The notes under the pieces: model-generated
The model's database searches: none
The model's input: only the letters and a program-made list of their open reading frames with translations
Told to the model about the DNA's origin: nothing
DNA from: Psilocybe cubensis
Taxonomy: Eukaryota
Direction of reading: 5' to 3'
Length of the DNA stretch: 64,000 nt
Assembly: GCA_017499595.2 (NCBI GenBank)
Contig: CM039000.1
Span: 2,790,001-2,854,000, forward strand
Position numbers and translations under genes: made by a program
In this document: positions 11,664-22,135 of the stretch, in pieces
Layout: every line of letters begins with the position of its first letter
Position numbering within the stretch: the stretch's first letter is position 1

Positions 11664-14600
11664 TTAGAATAAACCAACGACCCTTCCTGATTCCTGGTCG
11701 ATGCCAACCTCCCAGAAGCCTATAGAAGAGATGAGTGACTCGAAAAACAATGTCTCTGGAGAGAGCTTACCAGGGCGTGTGCCCAGACCAGGCATGGTCT
11801 GCATGTCTCCAAGAATAGGGTACAGGAATCCAGCACCGGCAGACAGACGGACAGCGCGGATTGGGAGAGTGAATCCTAGTAAAAGGGCTATCAGAAACGC
11901 AAAAAAGCAACTTGCGTACAATACTTACCAGATGGAACACCCTTGAGTTTAGGGTCATGAGAGAAGGAGTACTGGGTCTTCGCCATGCAAACTATGAACA
12001 GCGCAATGAGACAGATTGAAAATGTCCCAATAACTGAGTACTTACTAGGAAGATTGCCGTATCCCTGGCGGGTGTAAGTCTCAACTTGAGTGCGGGCAAG
12101 GTCGCTGAGCTCGATGCCATCAGCGCCGTAGATCTCCTTGCCAATAATCTCGATCTTCTCCGCGATGGGGAGGTTGAGGTCGTAAAGGAACTTGAAGTCG
12201 GATTCGCCCTCGCAGACAGCAATGGTGGCTTCGGCCAAATCCCTTGCGCCAGCTCCTCCCTTGGCCCAGTGGTTGCTGACGACGGCGGCATCAGCACCCG
12301 CAGCCAGAGCCTCTTCACGGACGAGAGCGAGCTCAGCAGGTGAGTCGGTGCTATATGTAATGTATTTAAATGAGTGAACAATAGTTGATGACAATCTACT
12401 AATCAAATACGACTCACGCGAATTGGTTGATAGCGACGATGACCTTGACGCCAAACTTGCGCGAGTTCTCGATATGCTTACGCAAGTTCTTGCATCCCTC
12501 CTTTAGCGTGACAAGATCCTCTTTGGTATACGTCTCATGGAGGGGCTTGCCTGGCGACACGTCCGGTCCTCCACCGTGCATCTTGAGCGCACGCGTGGTG
12601 GCAACAATGATAGTGGCATCAGGCTTGAGGCCGCTGGTGCGGCACTTGATGTTGCAGAATTTCTCCATTCCCATATCCGCGCCGAAGCCGCCCTCGGTGA
12701 GGACGTAGCCAACACGGTCCGCGGAGTCGCCTTCCTCAGTACCTGCCAATTTGAGAGCGACACGGTCAGCAAGAATGGAAGAGTTTCCGTGAGCGATGTT
12801 GGCGAATGGTCCGGCATGGACGAACACAGGGGTTCCCTAAATATTTTGGTCAGACGAAGGTGCATTATACCTTAACCAGAAGAACTTGCCTGCAGGGTTT
12901 GCATAAGATTAGGCTTGATAGCATCCTTGAGAAGGACGGCGAGCGCGCCAGAGACACCAATGTCGTCAGCCGTGATAGGATCACCCGACTTGCTGGTGGC
13001 CACGACCATAGCACCAAGACGCTCGGTCATATCCTGCAAGCTGGTAGCCAAAGCCAGAATGGCCATACACTCGCTGGCGACGGCGATATCGAATCCAGCC
13101 TGGCGCTCAAAGCCTTGCTCCGTGGGGTTCTGGCCGATGGTGATCTTGCGGAGGAAACGATCGTTGGTGTCCAGGACACGGTTCCAGGTGATGGTGTCGA
13201 GGTCAACATCCAGGCGAGCGAACTTGGTGATTTCCTCGGGGGTAAGAGAGTTGGGATCGGTCTTGTCGATTCCGAGCTTCTTTAAGCGCTTGAACATCAG
13301 GGGAGCGAATTCGCGCTTCCCTTTCTTTGTAGGTACCAGGCGGCTATAAAGTGCCTTGTCGCTTTGTGTACCCTCGTGGAAGATACGAGCATCCAAGGCA
13401 GCGGCTATTGAAATACAATATTAACCAACGAGAAAGAATTGGGTTATTCCTGTCACATACCGAGCAAGTTGTTGGCAGCAGTGACGGCGTGAATATCGCC
13501 AGTCAAGTGCAGGTTAAACTGGACGACGTTATTATAAAGTCGCAGTAATAATGAAAGGCACCTACCTCGTCCATAGGAATGACTTGACTATATCCTCCTC
13601 CGGCAGCTCCTCCCTTGATACCAAAGGTAGGGCCTTGACTGGGTTGACGCACGCATGCAAAAGCAGGTCGTCCCAATTCAGCTCCAAGAGCCTGAGCCAA
13701 TCCAATAGTCGTCGTAGATTTTCCTTCTCCAAGAGGGGTAGGGGTGATTCCAGCAACGACGATGTACTTGCCATCCTTACGATGACTGAGGCGGTCAAGG
13801 ATGCTGAGGTCGACTTTGGCCTTGTATTTTCCGTAGCTTTCGAGTTCGTTGGCGGTGATGCCAATTTCCTTTGCAAGCTCCGCGACCGGCTTAGGGGTCT
13901 GGGCCAAAGAGATTTCGATATCGGTGGGGACTTGGTCAAGCACGTTCAGTGCCAAAGGCTTAACTTTGCGTTCCCTTGCTTCTTCCCATTGACGGTTAGC
14001 TGCGATGAGGGTATTCTCCATAAGCATGGCCACGGTCATAGGACCTACACCTCCTGGGACAGGGGTAATGTACGATGCGACGTTGACTGCTGTAGAAAAT
14101 TCGACATCTCCAACGAGGCGCTGTCCAGATTTTTTGGTTGCGTCTGGATAAAATTAGAGAGGAAACTGGAGACTTTAAAAGAGCGACATACCAGGAACGT
14201 AGTTGATTCCGACATCGATGACAACAGCGCCAGGTTTGATCCATGAGCCTTTGACAAATTCCGGTTTACCAATAGCTGATACTAAGATGTCCGCGTTTTT
14301 AACCTGTGATAAATGAAAAATAAATTAAATGTTGAAGTTTTGAAGACACTGTACATACAATATCCTGAATGTTTTTGGTACGACTATGGCACTGAGTGAC
14401 GGTAGCATCTGCATTTCTGAGCATGGACGCGACGGGGCTGCCGACGATATCACTGCGACCAAGGACGACGGTGTTAGAGCCTGCAATAGACACGCCAGTG
14501 GACTTGATGAGACGCATGACAGCAGAGGGAGTGCATGGAGCAAACAGGGGGTCAGATGCACGAGAAGAAAGATGGCCAATGTTGTATGCATGGAATCTGG

Positions 14601-15160
14601 ACAGGAGTTACAGTGGTACTGGAGGACAAGGTAGCGCGAGTCAATCTCACCCGTCGACGTCCTTGCCAGGGCTGACTGCCTCGGTGACGAGACGCTCGTC
14701 TGCAGAGGTGATATGTTCTCCAAGTGGGAGCTGCACGAGAATAGCGCTGACGTCTTGATCTGCATTAAGGTCTTCGACGACTTTTACAATATGATCGGCT
14801 GAGGTTTCGACTGGGACGTTGATGTGTTTATATTTGATTCCAACCTCCTCAGCTGCCTTTGCCTTCATGCGCACATAGGTGCTTGAATCTGGACGGTCAC
14901 CCGCTTGGACGATGGCGAGCGAAGGGCGGAAGCGGGGAAAAATGGCCTGCTTTGCCTTGATCCTCTCCGCAATATCCTCGCGGATGGATCTGAAAAAAAA
15001 AAGTCAATATAGGGGTAAAAGAAAGAAAAGAAAAGAAGTACTTTGCGAGAGCAGTGCCATCTATGATTTTTGCGGACTGGGGAGACTGTGTAGCTTCAGT
15101 AGCCATTGCACGAAGATGGGGGAGAGATAAGATACGGCGGGATGCTGGCACGGAAAACAT
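11664..15160 (-). CDS. MIS1/ADE3: Trifunctional C1-tetrahydrofolate synthase with N-terminal mitochondrial presequence
   Basis: Dehydrogenase/cyclohydrolase motifs ([33 protein letters not shown]). FTHFS motifs ([77 protein letters not shown]). C-terminus VVGLF*. Confidence 0.96.
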
Positions 15161-15473
15161 GGCCAGAGGATTTCTATATGTGAGAAGACGGATCCGGAGG
15201 TCCGTACTGTGCCGAGACGGCAGGAACTATAGGAAATTAAGATAAATAGGGATGGGAGACACTAAACGCCGCTGAGGACATCCAGAGCGAACGAGAGAAA
15301 GACAGGCCAGCCAAGAATTGCAGTCCTCGACTCAATCCACTCCTTGACTCACTCTCCACCGCAAATTTATCCTCAACGCGTATTAGGAACATCTTTCCCA
15401 CGCTCTGCCCTGACAAATTTTAATTATTTTATTTCTTTTTCTGTTCTCTCGTCTCGTCACTCCCCTCGTCCTC

Positions 15474-16265
15474 ATGAATCTCGCCGCCGCCTCCTTCGCC
15501 TCCCTGCGTGTCTGCTCCAGGGCTACCTCGTCCAGGGCCCTTGCACGCTCCTCTGTCCCCCGTGCCCACTCCCGTCTCTCCGCTCTCGGCTCACGGCATT
15601 ATTCGGAGCAGGCTGCATCTCAGGAGACTCCTCCTCCAAAAGCCGAAGATGCAAAGCCCGACGTCGCTGAGCTCGAGAAAAGGCTCAAGGCAAAGGAGGA
15701 TGAAGTTACTGACCTAACGGTGCGTTCAGCCTCATTGTTATGCCCCCCACAACCTAACTTACCTCTTACTTAGGGCCGTCTGCGCTACTTGCAAGCAGAC
15801 TTCCTGAATCTCCAGCGTAATGCGGCGAGAGAGAAGGAGCAGACCCGAGACTATGCCATCTCAAAGTTCGCCGGGGACCTCCTTGAGACCGTCGACGTCC
15901 TTTCCATCGCCCTCAAAAGTGTACCCGCGCAGGCTCTCAAGCCTTCGTCCTCGTCCTCCAATTCTGACGTTCCACCGACACCGGAGCCCCCTCTGCCGAA
16001 AAATCACGAGACATACCTCCACGAACTTCACGAGGGTGTAGAGATGACCCAGCGTCAGCTTCTGCAAACCTTGTTCAAATACCACGTCAAGCCGTTTGAC
16101 CCCGTAGGCGACAAGTTCGACCCTAATCACCACGAGGCTCTTTACCAGGCTCCAGTCCCAGGGAAGGAACCCGGAACCGTCATTGACTGCCAGAAGATTG
16201 GTTACAAAATCAAGGACCGCGTACTACGAGCCGCACAGGTCGGTGTAGCCCAGGACACTTCATAG
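15474..16265 (+). CDS. MGE1: Mitochondrial GrpE nucleotide exchange factor
   Basis: R/S/A-rich presequence, then YLQADFLNLQR, KFAGDLLETVDVL, FDPNHHEAL and GYKIKDRVLRAAQVGV. One intron at about 15720-15773. Confidence 0.95.
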
Positions 16266-16448
16266 TATTTCGCCACCTCGTCCGGCATAGAGTGTGCGAC
16301 TCATCATTAGTGACCCGCACCCATTACCCCCAAAATTACATAGCATCTAATCACTCATTATTACCTTCGACAATCCCAACTCTTTCTACATGGAACCATG
16401 CGTGATTACATCTTTTTTATTCAGGTATTATTAGTATTAATGTAGTGA

Positions 16449-17960
16449 TCATCGTATTTCGACACCAAACTGCTCTTTTAGACGAGCTACGACCTGACTC
16501 TGTACGTGGTTAATTTCTTCGTTTGACAGAGATCTGCGTGTTGTGAATGTTGCAATGAGCTGAGATTTGTAGAGGAATTTAGTTGTGATTCGTACCTGTC
16601 CATCGAACGGTAGTTGATTCTATAACAAAGACTTGTTCTATTAGTTTTAGGGTGGACAAACTGGTCAATCTGCAAAACTTGAATTAGCAACTGAGCATGG
16701 GATGTCTCGAGCCATACATACCCTTTTAACATCTTCCACCAAATCACCTGCAGTATCGCGCACAAGGTCGCAAAAGTCATTTTCGTGCAGATTAAATTCC
16801 CGAGGAACCCAGAAACTGACATCCTTGAAGCACGAAGGGTATTTTGAATATGGCTGGAAGACATTAATCTGGCCCTGCTTGAACTGAGAGAGGAAGCGGG
16901 GGTCTGTAGACCAGAAAAGGCGAATGTCAGGGATCGAAAATAGCACCATGGCTATTCTTTCCAATCCCAATCCAAAGGCCCAGCCAATTTTGTTCTGAAC
17001 GCCTGGAAAAAAAAATATCGTTCATTGGTCTGTGAAATGAGCAAGAATCCTATACACACCTGCTGTATCTAACGTTGCTTGCCGTATGACGCCCGATCCG
17101 AGTATCTCCAGCCATTTGCCCTGGAAGAAAACCTCGACTTCAAAACTGGGGCTCGTGAACGGGAAATACGCCTCAATCCAGCGCACGCGCAACGGCTCCT
17201 GCGCGCTGATCCCCGCCACATCTCCAAACACCTTCAGCAGCAAATTATTCAACGAAAGCTTCAGATTCTTCGCCACCAGCTCGGAAAACACAGGATCGTG
17301 GCCGGGCTGCACAGGGTTCGTCGGCGAGATATGGGGTATATCCTCAATAACGATGTTCGCAGTGGCAAGCAAGCTGGTGAGACGCGCATTGTCTTCCTCT
17401 ACCTCCTTCATCCCTGCAGCGTTGGTGTCGAAAATCCGCGCGCCCTCGACCTGGTGGAAGATGGGGTAGTGCGACGCGTCGATCTCGTCCCGCCGGTACA
17501 CATCCGCGGTGAGCAGCCATTTCGTCTCGCCTGCGCGGAACATCTCTACCTCGTGCGCCGATGTGTGTGTGCGCAACATCATGTCCCTGTTCACATAGTA
17601 GCTGTCCGTCACCGCGCGCCCCGGGTGGTCGGCTGGGAATGAAAGCTCGTCAAAGTTCTTGAAGGGTGAGACGAGAGGTGAAATAGTGGAAGCATGCGTG
17701 AAGTCCGGGTAAGCAGACTCTATGAGGGTGCGGAGCGTGCTAAGGGGGTGCGCGGGTGTGGTGTGCAGCTGCAGGTGCGTTCTGGATATAATCGCCGGAG
17801 TGATGTTAGTGTAGTCGTCAGTTGGGAACCGTTGGCCCAGGATTTCGATAGTAGCGGAGGAAGCAAGCGTTGATTGACGCGCAAATGGTGCTCTATGTCG
17901 CAACGACACCAGTAACCGCGATGAGTATGTGTTTCGTCGCCATAGGGCGAGCGCGGCCAT
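16449..17960 (-). CDS. MSF1: Mitochondrial phenylalanyl-tRNA synthetase
   Basis: [52 protein letters not shown] and [20 protein letters not shown]. Anticodon-binding domain ends [13 protein letters not shown]...FGVEIR* (TGA 16449-16451). Confidence 0.95.
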
Positions 17961-18360
17961 GTTAGCTGAACACGGAAGCTCACAATATTCGTGATTTCCT
18001 CGAGTTCGCTTATCTAATGTCTGATTATTGACAACGAGAGAATGGAAAAACAGGTTCCCTGTATTTTATTCATGGCGTCAACGAAATACTACTACTTCTA
18101 CTTTATGTATACTACACAGCTAAGTACGGAAATCATATCTGCTCAAGGTCGTAAATAATGCCCCTCGAAAGCCTCGAATTTGGTTCGTGCACCAAATCCT
18201 GTCGCCATGAATGGACCAAGGGTAAAAAAGGTGGTACAAAAACACTGGGGTGGGAATAAGTGTCCGTCAAGGTAAACAAAAACATAGGTATAACATCAAA
18301 AAAGTCATGAACGTGTGGTGATATGATATAAAAGGCAAACGCAAGATTGTCCAAAACTAT

Positions 18361-19712
18361 CTACCAATTCCCGAACCAGCGGGTAGGTGGTCGTATAGGT
18401 CCACGAACAACAGTGCGGGGTTTGCGCGGATCCTTTTCCTCGGTGATGACTTCAACAGCAGTGGTTCGCGGGCTTCCGGCTGACGTAGAAGGGCTTGCGG
18501 CCTCGGGAGTTGGGAAAGCAGCAAGGCGCGTATTGGCGGGTGGGGGAACAGTAACAGTTTCGGTTTGAACAACAGTCTTGGTTTGCGTCTCGTAAGAGAT
18601 TTCTGAAACGACGATGGGTGGAAGTTCTTGATACTAAAAATAAGGAAAAAAAATTGAGTCAGCATTGTTATACAGAAAACAAAAGGAATGGGTTGCAAGC
18701 TGCCGATCAACAAGCAGCGACACGCCATCACGTGTTACTACTTCGATCGATTTCTCGATCGCGAATATATGAAGGGCGTCAAGACGCGATCTCATGTGGA
18801 GGCGCCTCGACCCGATTGATCGGCAGCTTGCAAAGGACAAGGGGGACGAGATAAAAGCACCGTGGTCCCCCAAGCCCGGACGAAGGTGGGAGACAAGGGG
18901 CATGAGGAGTAATACGGACTGGTCATGATGGGACCCCCTTCGTCTCAGAGCTCGGAGCGGCGGGGGGAAGGTGGCGGTACCTTGGGTTTTCGCTTCGAAG
19001 GCTCGTAAACATATTCTTCTTCGACAGCGGACTGAGGATCGCCATTTCCAAGGGCACTACAATTCCCGATGAGTAACCGTGCCAGTAAGTAAATAATTAA
19101 GAAAGACGCTTACATGAGTTGTTCCATGATCCATCCCTCACGACGGGAAGCGTCATGTTCCCTGCGGTTGACATTTTCTTCGCGCTTGCTGATATCGCGT
19201 TCTCTCTCGGCAATTTTGAGTTCACGTTCGAGAATTTCTTCAGCGCGAGGACCATTCCAGCCAGCTGGGGCCAATGAATCTTCTTTGACAATTTCTTTGA
19301 TGATGGTTTGAGCAGGAAGTGTTTCGGTGACGGTTGTAGTAGCACTGACGCATGCTGGGCACAAAACAGGCGAGGGAGTGGGAATAACACCACCTGGCGC
19401 ACCAGCGAGCAATTCAGCTTCCCGACGGGCAACTTCAGCTTCACGTATAGCGACAGCTCCTTCTCGAGCAATGAGGGCCTGTGTCCTCTTAGGAGTAAGG
19501 TAGCTAAGAACGCCTCCGGGAGTAGATGAGTCTGAGGAGCTGGAGTTGGAAGGAAGAGAGAGCATAACAGCTAGGACAGCAAGAACAAGAGACAAAACAA
19601 GTAGAAGAGTCGTGGATGAGATTGTGCGATGATGATGTGATGATGAACGTTCGCGTTCGCGGTCGCTTCTGTGGCGACGTTCTTCATGGTGGGAAGACGA
19701 TGGTTGGGCCAT
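18361..19712 (-). CDS. Uncharacterised single-pass membrane protein with coiled coils and a Pro/Thr-rich C-terminus (3 coding exons)
   Basis: ATG 19712 MAQPSSSHHEERRHRSDRER. TM helix TLLLVLSLVLAVLAVMLSL; coiled coils AIREAEVARREAELL and ILERELKIAERERDISKREE. Introns 19057-19113 and 18634-18980 join in frame to YQELPPIVV...PTRWFGNW* (TAG 18361-18363). Confidence 0.75.
18634..18980 (-). other. Long (347 nt) structured intron containing a perfect 18-bp inverted repeat
   Basis: Donor AAG|GTACCG, branch GCTGAC, poly-T tract and TTTAG acceptor. TTGCAAGCTGCCGATCAA (18693-18710) is the exact reverse complement of 18816-18833. Further stems at 18841-18847/18865-18871 and 18879-18886/18937-18944. Confidence 0.75.
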
Positions 19713-20022
19713 TCTTATCTTTTCTGAATAGAGGAGTAAGAAAATGAAAAAATCCACTTGGAAATAAAAAAAAACCAACCGCTAATAGAAGCACTGGGCG
19801 ACAGTGAGGTCGCGGTAGGGGCTCGTAGTAAGATCGACGTGGTGAAGAGAGGGACAAATGCGCGTGAAGAGCACTAGAGGTTTAACGATGTTCGTGAATG
19901 GAGATAGAAGGGTAACGCAGGATGGGGGAATAGAAAAAAGAGAAAATAGATGGTGGGGGTTTAAGAGCAAGGGTAGCGCTGAAGTTCAACAAGCCCTTTT
20001 GCCGTTTTCATTGTTCAACCAC

Positions 20023-20149
20023 CACGTGTATTGGGCACGTGTTGGGGTAACAATGGCCATCACGTGCGTTCATTGTACTTCTCGATTTCTTCTCAATTTC
20101 CTCCAAGCGGCGAGCCTCCTGTCATCTGTCGGTTTACGCGAACACGCGT
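20023..20149. promoter_or_regulatory. Paired E-boxes and MCB/SCB-like motifs upstream of the Nur1-like gene
   Basis: CACGTG at 20023-20028 and 20061-20066; ACGCGAA at 20136-20142; ACGCGT at 20144-20149. Confidence 0.35.
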
Positions 20150-20173
20150 TTATCGTTCCCTCCTCGCACCTAG

Positions 20174-21523
20174 ATGGCTCTCCGACGCCTTGCTCAGGAG
20201 AACAATGCCGCCTCGAGCCCGAGGAGCCCCGCTGGTCCAATCCCCGCCTCTCCAGCCAGTGGCCTTGGACCTACAACCCCACGCAGTCGTTTGTCGAACG
20301 GATCTTATGGATTTCATCGCTCCCCAGCGGATACCCCATCGATTTCATCGTCCATTCCCTTTGACTGGGAGGCAGCACGCTCCAGAGCACCTGCACCATT
20401 CGCGACACCACTCAAGAAAGGCAGAAAAAGCGTCGCAACTGGCACATCTACACCCCGCAAAGCCGTAATAAGGAAGAAAGGGATAATTGAACGGTAATAC
20501 TACTCTCATACACTTACTTGTATAAATCAAGGCTTGCTTATATTTGTCTACAGAATTAAGAATATACCCTCAGCTATCGCCTTTGAAATAGCAATATTCC
20601 CTCAAAATGTGCCACTACCAACCCCAAAAACAACTGCGCGCATCATCGGAGGCGCCATTCACGTCGCGCACTTTCTAATTTTAGCCAGGAATGACAACGA
20701 AGAAAATTGGGATCTCGTTTCCGGCACAAAGCAGAGTTCGTGGTTTGACTGGGTCAGTCATTCGCAATGTTTCGCGGTAGTCGAATGATTTCACTGACAG
20801 GTCGGATATTCTAGACGACACCTATTACTTTACTACTCATACTCTTCTCTGTATACAACACTTACAATCTCGCCACACGTAGGCGCACATACAAGTTCCA
20901 CCACCGAATGGACCCACTGTCCTCCCCTCATGCTAAATTTGTCGTCACCAATCTCGATCTTGAACCTCTAGCCCGGCCAGCTATTGGGCAACGCATACGA
21001 TCAAATTTGTGGTTCTACTTTTCGTATTTTTGGAGATTCTTGTTTGGCATGCAACCACCTACTCGGCCTGCTCTCCCCCAAGGGAAAACCTCCCGCGTAC
21101 AAGAGCTTGAAGTTTGGGAACCTAGTGAAATGGATCTCGAGCTCTTCAGTATATACTCTCCTGCCCATGCCGTGCTCTGGCTCTCTATGGGATCTTCAAG
21201 TTGGCTGTACTCGGTGGTCATTATGGGTATAGTTGGTTTACAGGTCCGCCCTCTCCATGACCACAAAAGAGATTATCTGACTTCTACCACAGCTGAATGT
21301 CATGACTCATTCATATACTCAACTATTAAAAGATAAGCAAATTATTGCAGCGGAGACCATGAAGGAATATAACGACGGTGTAAGTATCCCGTCAATCAAG
21401 TTTGTGTGTGCACATTGTTGATGCCCTTCTTCTTAGTTCGTATACCCCCGTATCAATCCCATTCGCAAAGACGTCGCAGTCATGACTCATCAATCAGAAG
21501 TTGTGAACGTCTGGGAAGACTAA
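20174..21523 (+). CDS. Nuclear rim protein Nur1/Mug154-like (DUF2418) membrane protein
   Basis: Basic S/P-rich N-terminus and TM segments. RTYKFHHRMDPLSSPHAKFV, VQELEVWEPSEMDLELFSIYSPAHAVLW, LLKDKQIIAAETMKEYN..FVYPR. TAA 21521-21523. Confidence 0.75.
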
Positions 21524-21798
21524 ATATATGACGAACTTATTGCCTTTGACTTCAATAGAGCATAGTGACCTAATAGTTATATTGAAATCGCAGCATTGTA
21601 GGGATTATCTAGACCACATATCAGGCCTCAATGTTGTGAAGATAAACACGTTGAATAAGTCGCTCAAAAGTTGACACAATACATTATGCCCAACAAACTA
21701 AAGAATGGAGGGGAAATTTATGAACGTTGACGAATAACGTATTGTTCAAATATATGGGAATGTTATGATAAGCTCATGAAGCGCCCGTCCGAAACGCC

Positions 21799-21804
21799 AA
21801 AAAA
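21799..21804 (-). terminator. RNA polymerase III terminator (T6) of the tRNA gene
   Basis: AAAAAA on the plus strand immediately 3' of the tRNA discriminator base. Confidence 0.8.
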
Positions 21805-21890
21805 TGCCCATACCGAGAATCGAACTCGGGACCCTTGCATGGTCAGATATCCTCATAAGTACAATGCTCTACCGGCTGAGCTATACGGGC
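21805..21890 (-). tRNA. tRNA-Ile (anticodon UAU) with a 13-nt intron (21841-21853)
   Basis: Cloverleaf: acceptor GCCCGTA/TATGGGC, D arm GCTC/GAGC, anticodon stem TTGTA/TGCAA with loop CT-TAT-G^A, T arm CCGAG-TTCGATT-CTCGG, discriminator A. Followed by a T6 Pol III terminator. Confidence 0.93.
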
Positions 21891-22135
21891 TTGAAACCAG
21901 GTGAAGACTCAGACATTAAGTTCGGCCAGCAACAAATATGATCTTTTCCCGAGGGCTGCGATCTTCAATGAAGACAAACACTATGTGCGCAACATAATAA
22001 TTGTTCATAACTCTCTAAAACCTAAATGTTAACGCTTATCATGTGCGTCAGAAATTATTTCCTAGATCAGGGAGTGCGTTCATAAGCAAGTAGCCTTACA
22101 GGTGGCAGGCGCTTGCGCTGTGGTTCACGACTTCT

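Noticed and set aside
12086-14758. Many long plus-strand and alternative-frame ORFs (e.g. 13551-14246, 12915-13349)
   Set aside because: These are shadows of the GC3-biased C1-THF synthase coding sequence.
17079-17642. 187-aa and 127-aa plus-strand ORFs
   Set aside because: They are antisense to the GC-rich first exon of mitochondrial PheRS.
18634-18903. 89-aa minus-strand ORF inside the long intron (MPLVSHLRPGLG...)
   Set aside because: It runs through the branch site and poly-T tract and lies in self-complementary sequence. RNA structure and GC content explain it better than coding does.
18634-18980. TPP riboswitch, hammerhead or snoRNA identity for the structured intron
   Set aside because: One CUGAGA is present, but no matching CUGAU..UAAU..AGCG TPP core, no CUGANGA/GAAA hammerhead core, and no properly placed C/D or H/ACA boxes were found by eye.
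19858-20468. Overlapping plus-strand ORFs upstream of or over the Nur1-like gene
   Set aside because: They are promoter/UTR sequence and alternative frames of Nur1 exon 1, with no coding signature.
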